Shown piece by piece: positions 16,269 to 26,357 of a DNA stretch of 64,000 bases (within the stretch, counting starts at the first letter, position 1; each line of letters starts with the position of its first letter). The DNA comes from a virus. Taxonomy: Duplodnaviria > Caudoviricetes. The notes below the pieces were generated by a model. The model was not told the DNA's origin and did no database searches. It worked only from the letters and a program-made list of their open reading frames with translations. A program made the position numbers and the translations under genes. The stretch is taken from the IMG/VR virus record IMGVR_UViG_3300032050_000111, positions 1,627 through 65,626 of that record; one strand, given 5' to 3'.

Positions 16269-17004
16269 TCCGAGTGTACATTACCGTGCAACAGCAAGCA
16301 AACGCCTTTGGCGCACACCTATGTTTGAAGAACTCATGCGGTTTGAGCCGGAGCCGGCGCATATCCACGACGCTCTGCCGGTAACCGACGCGTCCGCGAA
16401 AGACCTTCTGGGCGCTCAAATCACGACTGCGCAGTGGTTAGACGAGTTAGGAGTGCCGTCCGACGTAGAAATAGACATCAAACGGCAAACCAAGGCAGCA
16501 TGCGAAGCGTTTGCGGTACTCACAGGGCTCGATGCAGTACCGGAGCCCACAAAAAAGCAAAAAGAAGCGAAAGAAGAGAAGAAAAAGGAAGCGCTATTAG
16601 CCGTTCGTACGCCTATGGCGGTGCAGCAGCTTACGGCAATGCTTGGAGACTACGAATGGGAGTTCGTAAATCAAGCTAAAGAGCTAAGAAGCTACACTGT
16701 TGCCAAGATTCTTGAGGAAACAACACACCCTGACGCCAGAATTCGACTGCGCGCCCTGCAAATGCTCGGAAATGTGACCGAAGTTGGGCTGTTCACAGAG
16801 CGAATTGAGGTAACTAAGAAGGACGCCACTGAAGCTGAAATTGAAGCACGCCTGCGCGAGCGTCTTAGCAGGTACGCAATCGACATCACACCCACCACGG
16901 CGCCAACAAAAGAGGCTGTACTCGCGTATACGCCTGCTCAAGCCGAAGAAACTGTCGATATTGACGCAGAAATAGGCACAGTTGCGGAGCGTAAAGTTGA
17001 TTGA
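16246..17004 (+). CDS. terS: putative terminase small subunit (alternative start 16321)
   Basis: Directly upstream of terL; ARIRLRALQMLG..VGLFTERIEV motif; strong AGGAG before 16246. Confidence 0.7.
   Translation: MRIAQRPSPSVHYRATASKRLWRTPMFEELMRFEPEPAHIHDALPVTDASAKDLLGAQITTAQWLDELGVPSDVEIDIKRQTKAACEAFAVLTGLDAVPEPTKKQKEAKEEKKKEALLAVRTPMAVQQLTAMLGDYEWEFVNQAKELRSYTVAKILEETTHPDARIRLRALQMLGNVTEVGLFTERIEVTKKDATEAEIEARLRERLSRYAIDITPTTAPTKEAVLAYTPAQAEETVDIDAEIGTVAERKVD
16273..16301 (-). promoter_or_regulatory. sigma70-like promoter
   Basis: TTGCTT-17 nt-TACACT. Confidence 0.55.
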
Positions 17005-18529
17005 AGCGCTTTCTCAGGAAGAAATCAGCAAACTGCTGGCCAATTTGGACAAAATGTCCTTAGCGGAAAAGCAGGAAGTGCTGGATTCGCTGGACGCGCT
17101 AGAACACAAGCGCAAAATACGCGAATGCCGTGAAGATTTCTTGACTTTTTGCCGTTACGTCTACACAGACTGGAAGGAAGGACCGCATCACCGCTTCCTG
17201 AAGCCCATACTGCACGAGGTCAAAGACGGCACAGAGCACCGTTTGACGGTGTCAATGCCACCGCGCTTTGGCAAGTCAGAAACAATTGCCTATCTGTTCG
17301 TGGCTTGGTACTTAGGGCACTTCCCCCAGCATCACATCATGATGGTGACGCACACGGCTGCGCTTTCTGCAGACTTTGGACGTAAAGTCCGCAACTTGAT
17401 CGGAAAGCCAGAGTACAAGGAGATATTCCCAGACACTGTCGTGTCTGCGGACAAGTCAGCATCAGATAACTGGACAACAAGCAAAGAAGGTAAGTATCTC
17501 GGGCTGGGTATTGGCGGCAATGTGGCGGGCCACGGCGCCCACCTTCTGATCGCAGACGACTTGGTGTCAGAGCAAGCTGTTCTGGCAAACCCCGACCATG
17601 CGTTCGAGGTGGCGTGGAACTACATGCAGGTGGGCCCGCTGCAGCGACTGATGCCCGGGGGCCGCATCATCATGATCGGCACGCGCTGGGGCAAACGCGA
17701 CCCCATCGGGCGGGCGCTCAGATGGGCTGAGGACAACCCCGAAGCCGATCCATGGCACGAGGTGCGCTTCCCGGCGATCCTTCCCTCAGGGCGCTCGCTG
17801 TGGCCTGAGCAGTGGCCTGTGGAGCAGCTGCTGGCAAAGAAGGCGGGCATGCAGCCGCACTACTGGGCGGCGCAGTTCATGCAGGAGCCCACGTCCGAAG
17901 AAGCGGCGCTGCTCAAACGCGAGCACTGGCGCATCTGGCCCAAGGACGACCCCCCGCCCGTAGAATGGGTACTGCAGACGTGGGACACCGCGCACGACAC
18001 CAAGTCCATGAACGACTACAGCGCCTGCACCACATGGGGCGTGTGGTTCAATGACGAGACAGGCCGGCAGGAACTCATCCTGCTTGACGCCGTCCGGGGC
18101 CGATGGGAGTTTCCGCAACTCAAGGCCAAAGCGATGGAACTGTACAAGGACTGGTCGCCAGAGTGCGTGCTCATCGAGAAGAAAGCCGCCGGGGCACCAC
18201 TGATCCAAGAACTGCGGCAGATGGACATCGCCATTGAGGAGTACAGCCCCTCCCGAGGCACGCGCCTTGTCTCCAACGACAAACGCGCGCGTACCCACGC
18301 TGTTGCGCCGATACTACAGGATGGCGTCGTTTGGGCCCCAGATCGCCTATGGGCGCACGAAGTGATCAACGAATGTGCCGAGTTTCCTAACGGAGAGCAC
18401 GACGACCGTGTAGACTGCGTCGTGATGGCACTCAACCGTTACCGGCTTGGCGGCTTTATCACGCTCAGCGATGACGCCAAGGACGAACCACACTGGGCGC
18501 GTCGTTCGCGTCGAGCCGCTTACTACTGA
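16997..18529 (+). CDS. terL: terminase large subunit
   Basis: MPPRFGKS Walker A, LLIADD Walker B, GTRW, QTWDTA, IEKKAAG, FPNGEHDDRVD. Confidence 0.97.
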   Translation: MIEALSQEEISKLLANLDKMSLAEKQEVLDSLDALEHKRKIRECREDFLTFCRYVYTDWKEGPHHRFLKPILHEVKDGTEHRLTVSMPPRFGKSETIAYLFVAWYLGHFPQHHIMMVTHTAALSADFGRKVRNLIGKPEYKEIFPDTVVSADKSASDNWTTSKEGKYLGLGIGGNVAGHGAHLLIADDLVSEQAVLANPDHAFEVAWNYMQVGPLQRLMPGGRIIMIGTRWGKRDPIGRALRWAEDNPEADPWHEVRFPAILPSGRSLWPEQWPVEQLLAKKAGMQPHYWAAQFMQEPTSEEAALLKREHWRIWPKDDPPPVEWVLQTWDTAHDTKSMNDYSACTTWGVWFNDETGRQELILLDAVRGRWEFPQLKAKAMELYKDWSPECVLIEKKAAGAPLIQELRQMDIAIEEYSPSRGTRLVSNDKRARTHAVAPILQDGVVWAPDRLWAHEVINECAEFPNGEHDDRVDCVVMALNRYRLGGFITLSDDAKDEPHWARRSRRAAYY

Positions 18530-18543
18530 GGACATCACACGCT

Positions 18544-20994
18544 ATGGAAAAGAGCATCTACGCTGCGCCGGTCGGACTCGACGCCCTTGCTGCCGAAGAC
18601 ATGGACGCGCCGCTGGAGATCGAGATCGTTGACCCCGAAGAGGTCACTATCCGCGCTGACGGCATGGAGATCGTGATTGGTGCGGACGACGCGGAGAACA
18701 TCCCGTTTGACGCTAACCTCGTGGACTACCTAGACCCGGGGTATATCCAGACGATGGTCAGCGAACTGTCCGCGGATATCGACAACGACAAACATTCGCG
18801 TAAAGACTGGGAGCAGACGTATATCGACGGCATCAAGCTGCTGGGGCTCAAGTACGAAGAACGTACCGAGCCTTGGACAGGCGCCTGCGGTATCACGCAC
18901 CCGGTGATAACAGAAGCCGTTGTGCGCTTCCAGTCTGAGACCATCACGGAGACTTTTCCGGCGTCGGGCCCTGTCAAGGCCAAGATCATCGGCAAAGAGA
19001 CGCCTGAGAAGAAAGACGCGTCTGTGCGTGTTGTCTCTGAGATGAACTACCAGCTGACCGAGAAGATGCCGGAGTTCCGCCCAGAGCACGAACGGCTGCT
19101 GTGGAACTTGCCGGGTACGGGCTGCGGCTTCAAGAAAGTCTACTACGACCCGTCGCTTAAACGGCAAACCTCTGTCTTTGTGCCGGCAGAAGACATCATT
19201 CTGCCCTACGGTGTAGCCGACGCGCGTACTTCGCATCGCGTTACGCACCAGATGCCGAAGACCAAGAACGACATCGTCAAGCTGCAGTACAGCGGCTTTT
19301 ACGCAGAGTGCGATCTGGGCGACCCGGACAAAGAGTACAGCGACATTCAGAAAGCCAAAGACGAAGAAACAGGCTTTCACGATTTGAACGACGACAGGTT
19401 CATGCTGTATGAAGCCTGCGTTGAACTGGATCTGCCGGGGTTTGAAGACAAAGACAAGGACGGTAACCCTACGGGCATCATGCTCCCGTATGTGGTGACG
19501 ATTGTGCGAGGCTCGCACATCTGCCTGTCGATTCGCCGTAACTGGCGCGAAGACGACGAGCTTAAGCTACGCCGTCAGCATTTCGTGCAGTACAACTACA
19601 TCCCCGGCTACGGCCCGTATGGCTTCGGGCTGTTCCACCTGATTGGCAATTTCGCCCGGGGGTCCACCTCTATCCTGCGCCAGCTGGTGGATGCCGGCAC
19701 GCTGTCCAACCTGCCCGGGGGTATCAAGAGCCGAGGGCTGCGCATCAAGGGCGACGACTCCCCGATTGCCCCGGGCGAATGGCGCGACGCCGACGTAGGC
19801 TCGGGCCCCCTGCGCGACAGCATCCTGCCGCTGCCGTACAAAGAGCCCAGCGCCACGCTGTTCAACCTGCTCAACGGCATCGTGGAGGAGGCACGACGCT
19901 TCGCCTCGACCGCCGACATGAAAGTGTCGGACATGTCCGCGCAGGCGCCTGTGGGCACCATGCTGGCCCTGCTGGAGCGCCAGCTGAAGGTCATGACCGC
20001 CGTGCAGGCGCGTGTGCACGACTCGCTCAAACAGGAACTGAGCCTGATTCGCGACATCATCCGCGACGACGCGAGCGAGGAGTACGACTACGAGACTGAC
20101 CCCACCGACGACCGCCCCCGCGCTCGCAAGCGGGACTTCAGCATGGTGGAGGTCATCCCGGTCAGCGACCCCAACGCGGCCACGCTGGCTCAGCGGGTCG
20201 TGCAGTACCAGTCGGCCATCCAGCTTGCGCAGATGGCTCCGCAGATCTACGACCTTCCGCAGCTGCACCGGGGCATGCTGGAGGTGCTGGGGATCAAGAA
20301 CGCCGAGAAGCTCGTGCCGTTGCCCGACGACATGAAGCCGACCGACCCGGTCACCGAGAACATGAACGTGCTCAAGGGCAAGCCCACGAAGGCTTTCCTG
20401 CAACAGGACCACGAAGCGCACCTCTCGGTGCACCTGTCAATGCTCAACGACCCCTTGCTGGCACAGACGCTCGGGCAGAACCCGCAGGCGCAGATCATCT
20501 CCGGCGCACTGCACGCCCACATCGCCGAGCACCTTGGGTACGCTTACCGCGTCAAAGTCGAGGAGCGTCTTGGGTACACGCTGCCAGACCCCGAGGAGAA
20601 CTTCTCGCCCGAAGCGGAGAAAGCGCTGGCACCCATGCTCGCGCAGGCGGCACAACAGGTGCTGGCGAACAGTCAGTCCATCGCGGCGCAGCAACAAGCA
20701 CAGCAGCAAGCCCAAGACCCGCTTATCCAGATCCAGATGCAAGAACTGCAGCTTAAGATGCAGGAGCTTCAGCTTAAAGCACAGAAGCTTGCTGCTGATG
20801 CTGCGGCCAAAGCAGACGAAATCGATCTTAAGCGTGAAGAGGTCTCCGGCCGACTGCAGCTTGAAGCTACCAAGCTGGGTGCCGACATTCGTGCCAAGCA
20901 AACGAAGTTGGCAGCAGATCAAGAGCGCGAAGGTGTCAGGATGGGTATTGACATTGCCAAGTCAAAGCAGCAAACGCGAAAGGATAGGACGTGA
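18544..20994 (+). CDS. portal protein (P22-like, Q-rich C-terminal barrel)
   Basis: Position after terL; 816 aa; FKKVYYD, YGFGL; coiled-coil tail. Confidence 0.9.
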   Translation: MEKSIYAAPVGLDALAAEDMDAPLEIEIVDPEEVTIRADGMEIVIGADDAENIPFDANLVDYLDPGYIQTMVSELSADIDNDKHSRKDWEQTYIDGIKLLGLKYEERTEPWTGACGITHPVITEAVVRFQSETITETFPASGPVKAKIIGKETPEKKDASVRVVSEMNYQLTEKMPEFRPEHERLLWNLPGTGCGFKKVYYDPSLKRQTSVFVPAEDIILPYGVADARTSHRVTHQMPKTKNDIVKLQYSGFYAECDLGDPDKEYSDIQKAKDEETGFHDLNDDRFMLYEACVELDLPGFEDKDKDGNPTGIMLPYVVTIVRGSHICLSIRRNWREDDELKLRRQHFVQYNYIPGYGPYGFGLFHLIGNFARGSTSILRQLVDAGTLSNLPGGIKSRGLRIKGDDSPIAPGEWRDADVGSGPLRDSILPLPYKEPSATLFNLLNGIVEEARRFASTADMKVSDMSAQAPVGTMLALLERQLKVMTAVQARVHDSLKQELSLIRDIIRDDASEEYDYETDPTDDRPRARKRDFSMVEVIPVSDPNAATLAQRVVQYQSAIQLAQMAPQIYDLPQLHRGMLEVLGIKNAEKLVPLPDDMKPTDPVTENMNVLKGKPTKAFLQQDHEAHLSVHLSMLNDPLLAQTLGQNPQAQIISGALHAHIAEHLGYAYRVKVEERLGYTLPDPEENFSPEAEKALAPMLAQAAQQVLANSQSIAAQQQAQQQAQDPLIQIQMQELQLKMQELQLKAQKLAADAAAKADEIDLKREEVSGRLQLEATKLGADIRAKQTKLAADQEREGVRMGIDIAKSKQQTRKDRT

Positions 20995-21188
20995 TACAGT
21001 CCTTTGCAGAAGCTCTGCGCGCTCAGCTGCGCAAGGACATGAATAACTACGCGGACGACATGGCCAACGGGGCCTGTCGTTCATACGAAGACTACAAACA
21101 CCTTTGCGGCGTTATTCAGGGACTGGCGTACGCAGAGGCTCACCTACTGTCCCTGCTAGAAAAGGTTCAACGCTCCGATGATGACTGA
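20991..21188 (+). CDS. small hypothetical head-module protein
   Basis: YEDYKHLCGVIQGL motif; overlaps the portal stop. Confidence 0.8.
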   Translation: MIQSFAEALRAQLRKDMNNYADDMANGACRSYEDYKHLCGVIQGLAYAEAHLLSLLEKVQRSDDD

Positions 21189-21612
21189 ACAACTCACCCT
21201 GCCCGGCATGGAGATGCCGGAGCCTATCCAGCCGTTCGACGCCCCGCCTGAAGGCGCATCTGACGAGGCTAAAGGCAAGCAGCTGCCCAAGCCAACTGGC
21301 TGGAAAATCTTGTGCATGGTCCCTGACGTAGCAGATACGTTCGAGAACTCGCGCATCGTCAAGGCCGACAGCTTCATGAAGATGGAAGAGCACGCCACTA
21401 CCGTGCTGTTCGTCGTTGAAGTCGGGCCTGAGGCGTACAAGGACACCACCAAGTTTCCGTCAGGTCCGTGGTGCAAAAAGGGTGATTTCATACTGGTCCG
21501 TACCTACTCAGGTACGCGTTTCAAGATCTACGGCAAAGAGTTCAGACTCTTGAACGACGACCAGATCGACGCAGTTGTTGAAGATCCGCGTGGCATCACA
21601 CGCGCTGCTTGA
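21178..21612 (+). CDS. GroES/Cpn10-like co-chaperonin
   Basis: PKPTGWKIL..VVEVGPEAY..WCKKGDFIL..YSGTR..EFRLLNDDQIDAVV. Confidence 0.85.
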   Translation: MMTEQLTLPGMEMPEPIQPFDAPPEGASDEAKGKQLPKPTGWKILCMVPDVADTFENSRIVKADSFMKMEEHATTVLFVVEVGPEAYKDTTKFPSGPWCKKGDFILVRTYSGTRFKIYGKEFRLLNDDQIDAVVEDPRGITRAA

Positions 21613-21622
21613 GGAGCTAACG

Positions 21623-22552
21623 GTGAGTACCGAGAACCAGAACGAAGTGGAAGTAACTTCGGCCAACGACGAGATCGAAATCGAGGTGGTGGATGACACC
21701 CCTGAGGCAGATCGAGGCCGCAAGCCGCTCGATAAGCCCGTAGAAGAGCCTACGGACGACGAGCTATCAAGCTACTCGGAAGGCGTGCAGAAGCGCATCA
21801 AAGAGCTTACACACGCCCGCCACGACGAGCGTCGTGCCAAGGAAGCGCTCGCACGAGAGAAGCAGGAGCTTGAGCGCATCGCCGCCGCGATGGTGGAGGA
21901 GAACAAGCGACTGCGTCTGCAGAACACGCTTGGCGCCAGCAAGCTCGCGACGACAGCAGTCAATGCCGCTGACGCCGACGTGGAAAAAGCCAAGCAGCGT
22001 CTCAAAGCCGCCCACGACGCGTTCGACACGGACGCCATTGTGGCAGCGCAGGAGGCGCTGGCCGACGCCAAACTGCGGCAGCAGCAGGCGCGGATACTCC
22101 AAAAGCGCCAGCCCGCTTTACAGCGCGAACAGCCTGTGGTACAACAGCAACAACCTGCTGAACCCAAGCCCCAGCTCGATGAGCGGACCTTGCGCTGGCA
22201 AGCACAGAACCAGTGGTTTGGTGACGCAGAACACGAGGACATGACTCTCTACGCACTCGGGCTGCACAAGCGGCTGGTGCGGGAAGGGCTCGACCCTCGC
22301 ACTGAGCAGTACTTCGAGCAAGTTGATGCTCGCCTTCGTGAGACCTTCCCGAAATTCTTCGGCAAGTCTCGCAACAACGCCGCTGACAAACCGGACAGTA
22401 GGCCGGCAAGCGTGGTCGCCCCCAGTGCCCGGAGTACGGGCAGCAAGAGAATTCAGTTGACGCCGACGCAGCTTGCGCTGGCAAGGAAGTACAACCTGAC
22501 TCCGCAGCAATACGCAGCGGAAGTTCTCAAACTGGAGCGAGCCAATGGCTGA
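21623..22552 (+). CDS. putative capsid scaffolding protein
   Basis: Acidic N-terminus, long coiled coil, NQWFG; GTG start with GAGGAG. Confidence 0.7.
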   Translation: MSTENQNEVEVTSANDEIEIEVVDDTPEADRGRKPLDKPVEEPTDDELSSYSEGVQKRIKELTHARHDERRAKEALAREKQELERIAAAMVEENKRLRLQNTLGASKLATTAVNAADADVEKAKQRLKAAHDAFDTDAIVAAQEALADAKLRQQQARILQKRQPALQREQPVVQQQQPAEPKPQLDERTLRWQAQNQWFGDAEHEDMTLYALGLHKRLVREGLDPRTEQYFEQVDARLRETFPKFFGKSRNNAADKPDSRPASVVAPSARSTGSKRIQLTPTQLALARKYNLTPQQYAAEVLKLERANG

Positions 22553-22985
22553 TCAGCGCACCCCCCGGGATCTGGTGTCCCGCGAAAAGACCCAACGATT
22601 CGAGTACAAGCCCCCGTCGACGCTGCCTGATCCTGCCCCGCAGGCCGGCTGGGCGTTTCGGTGGGTAGCAACCCACGTTCTTGGCACGGCGGACCCCCGC
22701 AACACTTCGCAGAAGTTCCGTGAAGGCTGGGTTCCGGTCAAAGCCGAGGATCATCCCGAGATTGCGGTCCCCGGTGCGGTCAACGCGAGCGGGAACATCG
22801 AAATCGGGGGACTGGTGTTGTGCAAGATTTCTGCCGAAATCGCCCGGGCCCGAGACGAGTACTATGCTCGTCAGACGGCAGACCAGACGGAGTCGGTGGA
22901 CCGAAACTTCATGCGCGAGAATGATGCACGGATGCCGCTGTTTGCGCAGCGTAAGACGGAAGTGTCGTTCGGACGCGGTTCTTAA
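22545..22985 (+). CDS. hypothetical head-module protein
   Basis: FRWV..REGWVPV..GGLVLCK. Confidence 0.8.
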   Translation: MADQRTPRDLVSREKTQRFEYKPPSTLPDPAPQAGWAFRWVATHVLGTADPRNTSQKFREGWVPVKAEDHPEIAVPGAVNASGNIEIGGLVLCKISAEIARARDEYYARQTADQTESVDRNFMRENDARMPLFAQRKTEVSFGRGS

Positions 22986-23000
22986 ACACAGGAGTCAAAC

Positions 23001-23861
23001 ATGGCATATCCCCTTGTTGACGCTCCGTACGGTTTCAACCCCGTCAATCAGCTTTCGGGGTACCCGTACGCTGGCGCAATCCGCCAAGTGCCGATTGGCT
23101 ACGGCTACGCTGCCAACATCTTCAACGGCGATCTCGTTGAACTTGCGGCTGGCGTTGTCACTGTCACCGGCATGACCACCTCGACCACCACCACGGCGCG
23201 CGCCGGTCAGGTCGGTGTGTTCGTGGGCTGTTCCTACACCAACCCCTCGACGGGTCAGAAGCTCTTCGCGCAGTACTGGCCTTCTGGCACGCTCGCGAAT
23301 GATGCGATGGCCTTCGTGGTGGACGACCCGTACGCCGTCTTCAAGTCGGTTGCGATTGGTCAGCCTTCGGCTGGTCTGTCCAACACGGCGACGACGGTCG
23401 GCTACGTCAACCAGAACTTCGTCGGCACCAACGTCTACTGCGTCACGGGCGGCACGGGCAACACGCTCACCGGCAACTCGGTGATGGGCGTCTCGGGCGA
23501 TCAGCCGACCAATGGCACGGGTAACGTGCGTCAAGCGGCGGCGCGTCCGTTCCGTATCGTCGGTGTGGTGCCTGAGACGGCGGTAACCCTCGTCGGTTCC
23601 GGTACGTCCTCGACCACCACGGTCACTCTGTCTTCGGCCATCGCCGGCCTGCAGGCGGGTATGCAGCTGATCGTTCCCAACGTGACCAATGCGCGTCCGG
23701 GCGACTACTGCACCGTGACCAACGTGAACGGCACGACGGTGACGATCTCCAAGTCGGTGACCATCGCTACCGCGACCACGCTGACTTTCGTCGGCTACCC
23801 CGAAGTCCTCGTGAAGTGGAACTCCGGTTACCACTCCTACGAGTTCGCAACCGGCATCTGA
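23001..23861 (+). CDS. putative capsid decoration/minor head protein
   Basis: DAPYGF.P..IFNGDLV..GVFVGCSYT..VVDDP; directly before the major capsid gene. Confidence 0.7.
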   Translation: MAYPLVDAPYGFNPVNQLSGYPYAGAIRQVPIGYGYAANIFNGDLVELAAGVVTVTGMTTSTTTTARAGQVGVFVGCSYTNPSTGQKLFAQYWPSGTLANDAMAFVVDDPYAVFKSVAIGQPSAGLSNTATTVGYVNQNFVGTNVYCVTGGTGNTLTGNSVMGVSGDQPTNGTGNVRQAAARPFRIVGVVPETAVTLVGSGTSSTTTVTLSSAIAGLQAGMQLIVPNVTNARPGDYCTVTNVNGTTVTISKSVTIATATTLTFVGYPEVLVKWNSGYHSYEFATGI

Positions 23862-23873
23862 GGAGAATTCATC

Positions 23874-24785
23874 ATGGCAATTACCCGTGCCCAACTGCTG
23901 AAGGAACTCCTGCCGGGGCTTAACGCGCTGTTCGGTCTGGAGTACGCTCGCTACGGCGAGGAGCACAAGGAGATCTACGAAACCGAGTCTTCGGAACGTA
24001 GCTTCGAGGAAGAGACCAAGCTGGCCGGTTTCGGTGCAGCGCCGGTCAAGGCCGAAGGCTCCGCGATCCAGTACGACAACGCGCAGGAAGCGTGGACTGC
24101 TCGCTACAACCACGAGACCATCGCGCTCGGTTTCTCGATCACCGAGGAAGCTGTGGAGGACAACCTCTACGACAGCCTCAGTGCCCGGTACACCAAGGCG
24201 CTGGCCCGTGGTATGGCCTACACCAAGCAGGTCAAAGCGGCCAATCTGCTGAACCAAGGCTTCTCGTCTACCGTGGTCTACGGCGATGGTGTCAGCCTGT
24301 TCAGCACGGCCCACCCGCTCGTGTCCGGTGGCGTCAACAGCAATCGTCCTGCTACGGCGGCGGACCTGAACGAGACTTCGCTCGAAGCGGCAGTCATTCA
24401 GATCGCGGCGTGGACGGACGAGAAGGGTCTGCTGATCGCTGCCAAGCCGAAGAAGCTGATCATCCCGCCGGCCCTGATGTTCGTCGCCACCCGACTGCTG
24501 GAAACCAACCTGCGCGTCGGCACCACGGACAACGACATCAACGCGCTGAAGAACAACGGGTCGATCCCCGGCGGCTACACGGTCAACCACTTCCTGACCG
24601 ACAGCAATGCGTGGTTCCTCACCACGGACGTGCCTAACGGTATGAAGCACTTCGTCCGCACCAAGCTGTCTACCAGCATGGACGGCGATTTCGATACCGG
24701 CAATGTTCGCTACAAGGCCCGTGAGCGTTACAGCTTCGGCGTCAGCGATCCGCTGGGCATCTACGGCTCGCCCGGTTCGAGCTAA
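23874..24785 (+). CDS. major capsid protein (Mu gpT-like HK97 fold)
   Basis: MAITRAQLLKELLPGLNALFG..DGVSLFSTAHP..KLIIPP..AWFL..RERYSFG; strong codon bias; followed by a terminator. Confidence 0.92.
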   Translation: MAITRAQLLKELLPGLNALFGLEYARYGEEHKEIYETESSERSFEEETKLAGFGAAPVKAEGSAIQYDNAQEAWTARYNHETIALGFSITEEAVEDNLYDSLSARYTKALARGMAYTKQVKAANLLNQGFSSTVVYGDGVSLFSTAHPLVSGGVNSNRPATAADLNETSLEAAVIQIAAWTDEKGLLIAAKPKKLIIPPALMFVATRLLETNLRVGTTDNDINALKNNGSIPGGYTVNHFLTDSNAWFLTTDVPNGMKHFVRTKLSTSMDGDFDTGNVRYKARERYSFGVSDPLGIYGSPGSS

Positions 24786-24805
24786 GCAACACGAAGTAGC
24801 AGCAC

Positions 24806-24835
24806 AAACGGCCCCCTTGTGGGGCCGTTTCTTTT
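24806..24835 (+). terminator. intrinsic terminator after capsid gene
   Basis: AAACGGCCCC-CTTGT-GGGGCCGTTT followed by CTTTT. Confidence 0.85.
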
Positions 24836-24928
24836 ATGCTAGCCTTGGTTTAACCGAGACCTATCACAGCCCGTCGACTGACTCGGCAGATTTTCCTCAA
24901 GACGGCGGGCGCAGACTGAGGACAAGCC

Positions 24929-25435
24929 ATGGGCTTCGCCACCATTTCCGGGCCGGTTCGTGCCGGCACCGTCCGCTACGCACCCGGTGAGAACACCGGC
25001 CTCGTCACCCTGTCGCGCACGGCGTACGTCAACGTCTCTGGTGTTGCGCTGACCGCCGCCCCGGTCGCACAGACGCTTTTCACCCTCCCGGCCGGTTCCA
25101 AGATCCTGAACTTCATCCCTGAAGTGCTGACCACCATTTCGGGCGGTGGTGTGACGCAGGTCGGCGTGCAGATCGGCAAGTCGGGGTCTGCTGCTGAATT
25201 CGCGGCGTCGTTCAACACCGGCACTGCGGTGGCGCGTGTGACGCAGGCCACAGTCGACACGGCCATCTCGGGCAAAGTCGCGGCGCTCGACAACATCGGA
25301 ACGGTCGATGTTCCGGTGCAGGCCACCTTCACTGCCACCACGGGTAACCCGACGGCAGGCCAGATCGCGATCACGGTGGTCTATCAGCAGCGTCTTGACA
25401 ACGGCGCACAAGTCCCCGCCCCGAGCAGCTACTGA
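24929..25435 (+). CDS. putative virion structural protein
   Basis: MGFATISGPVRAG start; beta-rich. Confidence 0.75.
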   Translation: MGFATISGPVRAGTVRYAPGENTGLVTLSRTAYVNVSGVALTAAPVAQTLFTLPAGSKILNFIPEVLTTISGGGVTQVGVQIGKSGSAAEFAASFNTGTAVARVTQATVDTAISGKVAALDNIGTVDVPVQATFTATTGNPTAGQIAITVVYQQRLDNGAQVPAPSSY

Positions 25436-25464
25436 TCGTGCTTAGGCACGATTGAGGAGGCACA

Positions 25465-25794
25465 ATGCGTCCAGTAGTTTTCACGCTCAGCGGTGCAGCT
25501 AGTACGTCCAGCGTGTGTCCGCTGGACCACTACATGTCGCCGTTCAACATCGCGCTGGGTGTCACGGTCACGGGCACGGTGAACTACACCGTGCAGTACA
25601 CCTTTGACGATGTGTTCGCTCCCGGCTACGATCCCGCAAGCGGTAACTGGGTTAATCACCCTAGCCTTACCTCGCAAGCTGGTAGTCTGGATTCCAACAT
25701 CGCGTACCCTGTTCGAGGGGTGCGTTTGGTGATGAACTCTGGTACCGGCACAACGCGGCTGACCATCATTCAGGCCGGAGGTCCGGGGGTATGA
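25465..25794 (+). CDS. putative virion structural protein
   Basis: SD GAGGAGG; beta-rich. Confidence 0.75.
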   Translation: MRPVVFTLSGAASTSSVCPLDHYMSPFNIALGVTVTGTVNYTVQYTFDDVFAPGYDPASGNWVNHPSLTSQAGSLDSNIAYPVRGVRLVMNSGTGTTRLTIIQAGGPGV

Positions 25795-26357
25795 TCGCCA
25801 CGGGAATTAGCGGAGCAGCGCCCGACAACGACGTTGCCAAGACCTTCAAGATGTTGTCTTTGTTGGCGGACCCGACGGCCTACGCTGACAAGATGGCTGC
25901 GCTGCAGCAGGCAACTGACGAGTACAACAAGGTCTTGGCACTCGTAGGGCCGGCAACTGAGATCCTTACCCTGCGCGAGCAGGTTGACGCGGATCGCGCC
26001 GCCGCTGCCAAGGAGTTGGCGGAAGCCAAGCAAGACGCTGCGAAGACCAAGCAAGAAGCTAAGGCCGCTGCCAAAGATGTCGTGGACACTGCAAAAGTGA
26101 AAGCTGCGCAGATGACCACCGCTGCGCAGAAGCTGGAAGCGGACGCAGCAGAGCAGGTCGCGGCAGTTGCCAAACGAGAGCAGGCGCTCAATCAAGCGGC
26201 AGATGAGTTGGCCGCGCGGGTAGCGGCGTTTGATGTTCGTGCGGCTGAACTGGATCGCGCAGCGGCCACGCTGGCGGAGCAGAAGAAAGCTCTGGCGGCA
26301 GAACGTGATCGTCTTATTGCGCTGCACAAGCAGCACATTGCTGAGCTATCGCAATGA
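25791..26357 (+). CDS. coiled-coil protein
   Basis: Ala/Lys/Glu heptad pattern; ATGA coupling. Confidence 0.75.
   Translation: MIATGISGAAPDNDVAKTFKMLSLLADPTAYADKMAALQQATDEYNKVLALVGPATEILTLREQVDADRAAAAKELAEAKQDAAKTKQEAKAAAKDVVDTAKVKAAQMTTAAQKLEADAAEQVAAVAKREQALNQAADELAARVAAFDVRAAELDRAAATLAEQKKALAAERDRLIALHKQHIAELSQ

Noticed and set aside
22995-24650. Long antisense ORFs (for example 551 aa opposite the capsid genes, 367 aa at 59909)
   Set aside because: These are shadow frames of GC-biased coding genes, with no motifs or RBS.
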